Assembly: GCF_009914755.1 (NCBI RefSeq)
Contig: NC_060925.1
Source of the DNA: the human T2T-CHM13v2.0 reference genome, Homo sapiens
Length of the DNA: 64,000 nt
Reading direction: 5' to 3' (one strand)
Under the pieces are notes generated by a model. It had not been told where the DNA came from. It made no database searches and saw only the letters and a program-made list of their open reading frames with translations. Below, piece by piece: positions 49,451 through 64,000 of the stretch (positions are counted from its first letter, which is position 1; every line of letters begins with the position of its first letter). A program made the translations under genes and the position numbers.

Positions 49451-50308
49451 CCTTTTTTACCTTGCACTTTTTTCCAACTGAAAACTTACTCAACTTTTCA
49501 GAAAAGTAATAAAGCAAACCCCTTCACTTTAACCTATGTGGGTTAGGAATCTTTGGTGACAAGAAACAGAAATAAGTTGGAACTTGTAGAAATAATAGAA
49601 AGTGGGGAGAATGTATTAAAAAACACAAGGGTGTCACAGATTCCAAGAGCCTAAACTGGGGATTCTTCTCACTACTAATCCCTGGAGGTCGGCTGTGTTT
49701 TCCTCTCTCCTCCTCTCTCTCACCCTCTCCTGTCTTCTCTCCAGACTGGCATTCTCCTCCACTCAGTCACGCACAGCCTCATGGCTGCAGCCACCTGCTT
49801 CTCCCAGGGACAGTCTCAGCTACCTGCAAAGACTCACTAACTGACCCTAAGTCCCTAAACCAGGTTCTGGTTAGGGAGATTCTGATTGGCTCACACTGGG
49901 CCAGGTCCAGTCAGATGTTGTCCCTTGAGAAACACATAGTGCGTCACAGCCCGAGGGCAAGTGAGTTCATCTGATCTCCTCTTGGTAGACAGGAAAAGTC
50001 TGGGCCAGCTGAGACACTCCAGAGGGACTGGGGTGGAGGTAGCTGGAAACTGAATTCAGAGCTCATGGAATTCACCCCAGAAGGTCAGAGCTTGAAGGAG
50101 ACTCACATATTGCCTGATCCCACCTCTGCCCACAGTTCATAGAGAGAATGAGGCGCAGAGGTATGTGGTTTGTCCAAGACTGCCTGGCCAGTCAGTGATG
50201 GGGCTGGACAGAAACTCAGGTCCCCTAGCACCATGGCTCAGGCTTACATTTTCAGACAGTCAGATGATTTCTCCAAGAGCAGTGCTGTTCAATAGAACCT
50301 TCTGGTTT

Positions 50309-52250
<1,942 letters not shown>

Positions 52251-53258
52251 AAATGTACCCAGGATCTCATAGCTATGGAAGATCAGGGCCAATATTTGAG
52301 CCCAGCTCCCCTGACTCTAAGACTAAGTGGTTTGTACCACATTAGAGCTGCCTCTAGGACCATGGGGGGAAGCTAAAATGCCAGCTCCCCAGGGCTAGGG
52401 GCTTTGGTGCTTTCATTCACCAGTGACTAGAACAGTGCCTGGCACATGGTAGGTGCTCAATCATACTTGCTCAAAAAACAAAATAAATTAATGCATAGAT
52501 GAACATGACATAGTCTATAGTCTATTACCATATTGTAACTGCTAGTTCAAGAAGTCTGACCTATGCTGTAGTAGAACCAGGAGGGAAGAGAGATGCTTCC
52601 TGCCCAGGGGCTCAGAGCAGCCTTCAGAAAGAGTGACCGATGGGTTGGGCCTTGGAAGATGAGATGCGCTAGGTGGGGATATTAGGAGAGAGCATTCTTG
52701 GCAGAGGGAAGCATGTTAGTAACGACCTGGAGGTGCGGAGAAAAGATGAGTCTCCTGAGGCCTCCCTGCAACTTAGTAGGTGGAATCAAGATTCAAACCC
52801 AGAAAACTCAACTTCAAAGCCCATGCTCGTAACCACTAACTACCTAGACTGCTTCCCATGCAGCAAATAGTGAGGGCTGACCCTGGGGCATTTCCGAGGA
52901 AGAACTGACAGAAGTGGGTGACAGAATGGATGACAGGGGAAGAAATGGAGAATGACTTCAGGTCACCAGTAAGTCACTCAATGAACAAGTAGTGAGCATC
53001 CACTCTGTGCCATGCTCTGGCTAGGAGTTAAGAGTCAGCGTTGAATGAGACCCACCCCTGCCTGCCAGAACTCACAGTCTGATGGGGGAGGTTGGCACAC
53101 ATGCACATGACCAGGCCCTAGGGAAGGAGGGAGGCAGAGGTGGGAGGTGTCTCCTGGCACAAATAATTAAATGGTATTTCTTCTCTCTCCTCCTCCTCCG
53201 CCAGGTACACAGCCTTCTTATTTGGCATCCCAGACACCACAGCAACAGATGGGGCATC

Positions 53259-53921
<663 letters not shown>

Positions 53922-54067
53922 TTAACCTGGGGAGCATCACCCCATGCCGTTGGGTGGACTTGCGGCTTCCTCAGAGTGGGGGGTTGAAACTCTTGTAAAC
54001 TGTGCCATAGTCTGGGTGGTAGAGGGAATGAAAGACCTGGGAGTGTGCCTATGTATTGTTCTCTCAC

Positions 54068-55824
<1,757 letters not shown>

Positions 55825-56623
55825 AAAGCTGGAATTTAAACTCAGGTCTGTGGACCTCCATGGCCTACAGACCACGTCCTTAGCCACAGGACTATATTGT
55901 TTTTCAGAAAAGCCAACTGTGCTGAGAGGCATATAGGCGAGGGATTTGGCCAGCATTTTAGAGGGGGAGCTACAAACTTCTAGAGGCAGGGTGTGGTGCT
56001 GGCCGTGGGGATTACAGAGAGGCCAAAAGTGGCTGGGTAAGAATTCAGGTGCGGCTTGTGGACTCCTCAGTCCTGCCTAGAGATCCCTGCAGCCCAACGC
56101 CCCACCTCAGTGCTCCTGAGCCCAATGGGGCTCCTGCGATCAAAGCAGGACTTGTCACTCCAGACCTGTGCTGTCTCCATCATAGACAGAAGCGCCGAGG
56201 CTCCGTCTATGTCCCTGTGCCTAGCAGGCTGGGAGGCAGTACAGCATGGTGGCTGGGAGCCTGGGCTAAGTTTGCAGCCTAGCCTGGCTTTTGCTGGCTG
56301 TGTGCCCTGAATAAGTCACTTCACTTCTCTGAGTCTGTTTCCCCACCTGTAAAATGGAAATGGTAATAAAATTGAACCTCATGTGATGTAGGAGGAATAA
56401 AGGCTAATGTGTGTAAAACACACTGCCTGGCACATGGTGCACACTTGTAAATATTGGTAATAATAGGACTAAGCATTGAACAAATTAGCTTTGGTGCGTT
56501 TGGTATTTGGGTTCCATAAAGGAATCCGCTTTATTACAAAAACACAATCTGAAGCGTCCTGACTTATGTCCCAGAATCTGCATTTATTCCCACTTTCCGC
56601 TCCCATCATCCCTTGCACCCCAG

Positions 56624-56801
56624 CACCAGGCAGCTCCAGGGCGAGAACCGCACTGGCAGCACCTTCTTGAGCCCAGTCCTGGCTGGGTTTCCCATCTGTG
56701 GGACACCCTGGCTTCCTGGAGGCTTGTCTTCCTCCTGTCCTGGGACTTTAATGCTTTTTCCCATGGCCAGCCTTGTACCAGAACTCCAGGCCTGGGCTTG
56801 A
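56624..56801 (+). pseudogene. SLC17-like terminal pseudo-exon (exons 10+11 equivalent, fused)
   Basis: Pyrimidine tract plus CAG|C (phase 2). (S)TRQLQGENRTGSTFLSPVLAGFPIC / DTLASWRLVFLLSWDFNAF / PELQAWA*, with two frameshifts. Compare SLC17A4 RYTGFLKG...[29 protein letters not shown] and SLC17A2 AELQDWA. TGA at 56799-56801. Confidence 0.85.
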
Positions 56802-57171
56802 GTGGACAGCGCCCCTAGGGGCTGAAGGTGCAAGCTGCTTTCCAGGGGGCTCAGAAGCTCTGGGAGGGCCTTGGGTTGTGGAAACCTTGGCGCGACCTTT
56901 GGCAGTGTGGGTTTGGTTTTTGTTTTGTTTTGAATTTTTATAAAATTTTTCTGTTACAAAAATAATACATGCCATTGTAATAAAACAAACTAGATGGAAA
57001 TACGAAAAGTCAATCTCTCTGTAGTTCCCTACAATCTAATGTTGGATTGTGAGACCTAATGTTGATTTTGGAATTTATTTATCCACACTATTCACTATAT
57101 GTGTATATTTTGAGTTTTTTTTCATTTTTTGCTTTGTTACAAAGATGGAATGATACAATTTGCTTTGCAAG

Positions 57172-60130
<2,959 letters not shown>

Positions 60131-60166
60131 TGCACTATTTTAAAGTTTTTTAAAAGACTATCTTAA

Positions 60167-63432
<3,266 letters not shown>

Positions 63433-64000
63433 CAGTGATCTGAAAGTAGAATTTAAGGAATCAGCAAGCCAGTGGAAAAGGCTTTGGAAGGAGGGAAGAA
63501 AGAAAAGAAGAAGAGGAGATGTTGATGTTTTATAAGAAGAATGTAAAGCAGCAGATTGCCAATGGTGGGATTTCTGGCACTCTAACGGGCTGGTGCACAG
63601 AAAGACTTTCCAGACAATCGGGTCACTACCAACATCACCCTGGCCAAAAGCTCAGCCCTGTATTTTTTAAAGTCCAGATACCAGAAAAACCTCTTGAGAG
63701 GTAAAATGAAATTTCTGCAACAATAGGGAATTAGGACAGCAAAGAATCAGCATCTTTAAAAACCACATATTAGATATTTACTTATTTACATATTTCCACA
63801 GGCCAGTGTCATAACAAATATAGACCTTCCTACAGTACTTTACAGTTGACAAAGCCATTTTACTGCTCATCTGCTCTTCACAATAATTCTGTGAGGGCAG
63901 CTATTACCGTCCTTCTCTTAGTGGTGAGATAATGAGGCTCAGAGAGGTGAAAGGTCACACAGCCAGGAAGTGGTGAAGCTGAGACCTGGTGCCTAGTCTT

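Noticed and set aside
56807-56825. CTCF-like palindrome GCCCCTAGGGGC, and similar weak sites near 6082 and 33721
   Set aside because: Spacing or core mismatches against the consensus; too weak without ChIP data.
63519-63704. ORF with [15 protein letters not shown] faintly like FUNDC1/2
   Set aside because: The similarity does not extend, and there is no polyA tail, TSD or other pseudogene support.

Overview
Human (primate) genomic DNA, very Alu-rich: about 65-70 Alu copies or fragments, roughly 30% of the window by eye, plus MIR, L2, old L1, MaLR LTR and MER DNA-transposon relics. No intact conventional protein-coding gene is present, and almost all entries in the ORF track are Alu or simple-repeat artefacts. 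Three + strand exons at 37.7-39.2 kb splice in frame into a peptide I recognise from memory as MDS2, which would place the window at 1p36.11 between ID3 and RPL11. Its last exon, stop codon and polyA signal come from an MLT1 LTR. The main discovery is a decayed, intron-containing SLC17-family transporter gene (sialin/NPT-like) on the + strand at about 44.4-56.8 kb. Five exon remnants are colinear with the SLC17 protein and match the exon sizes and phases of SLC17A5 as I recall them. They carry frameshifts, a TGG>TGA stop and broken splice sites, the exon 5-8 equivalents are missing, and the last two exons are fused. It looks like a fossil of a lost SLC17 paralogue. Also present: an orphan CpG island (18.0-18.55 kb), a near-consensus CTCF site (36.2 kb), a candidate lymphoid promoter/enhancer (25.8-25.95 kb), a 460-bp GAT/GGT/GGG tandem repeat, a young AluYa-type insertion, two trimeric Alus and a short templated duplication. 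All protein comparisons are by-eye alignments to remembered sequences and need database confirmation.
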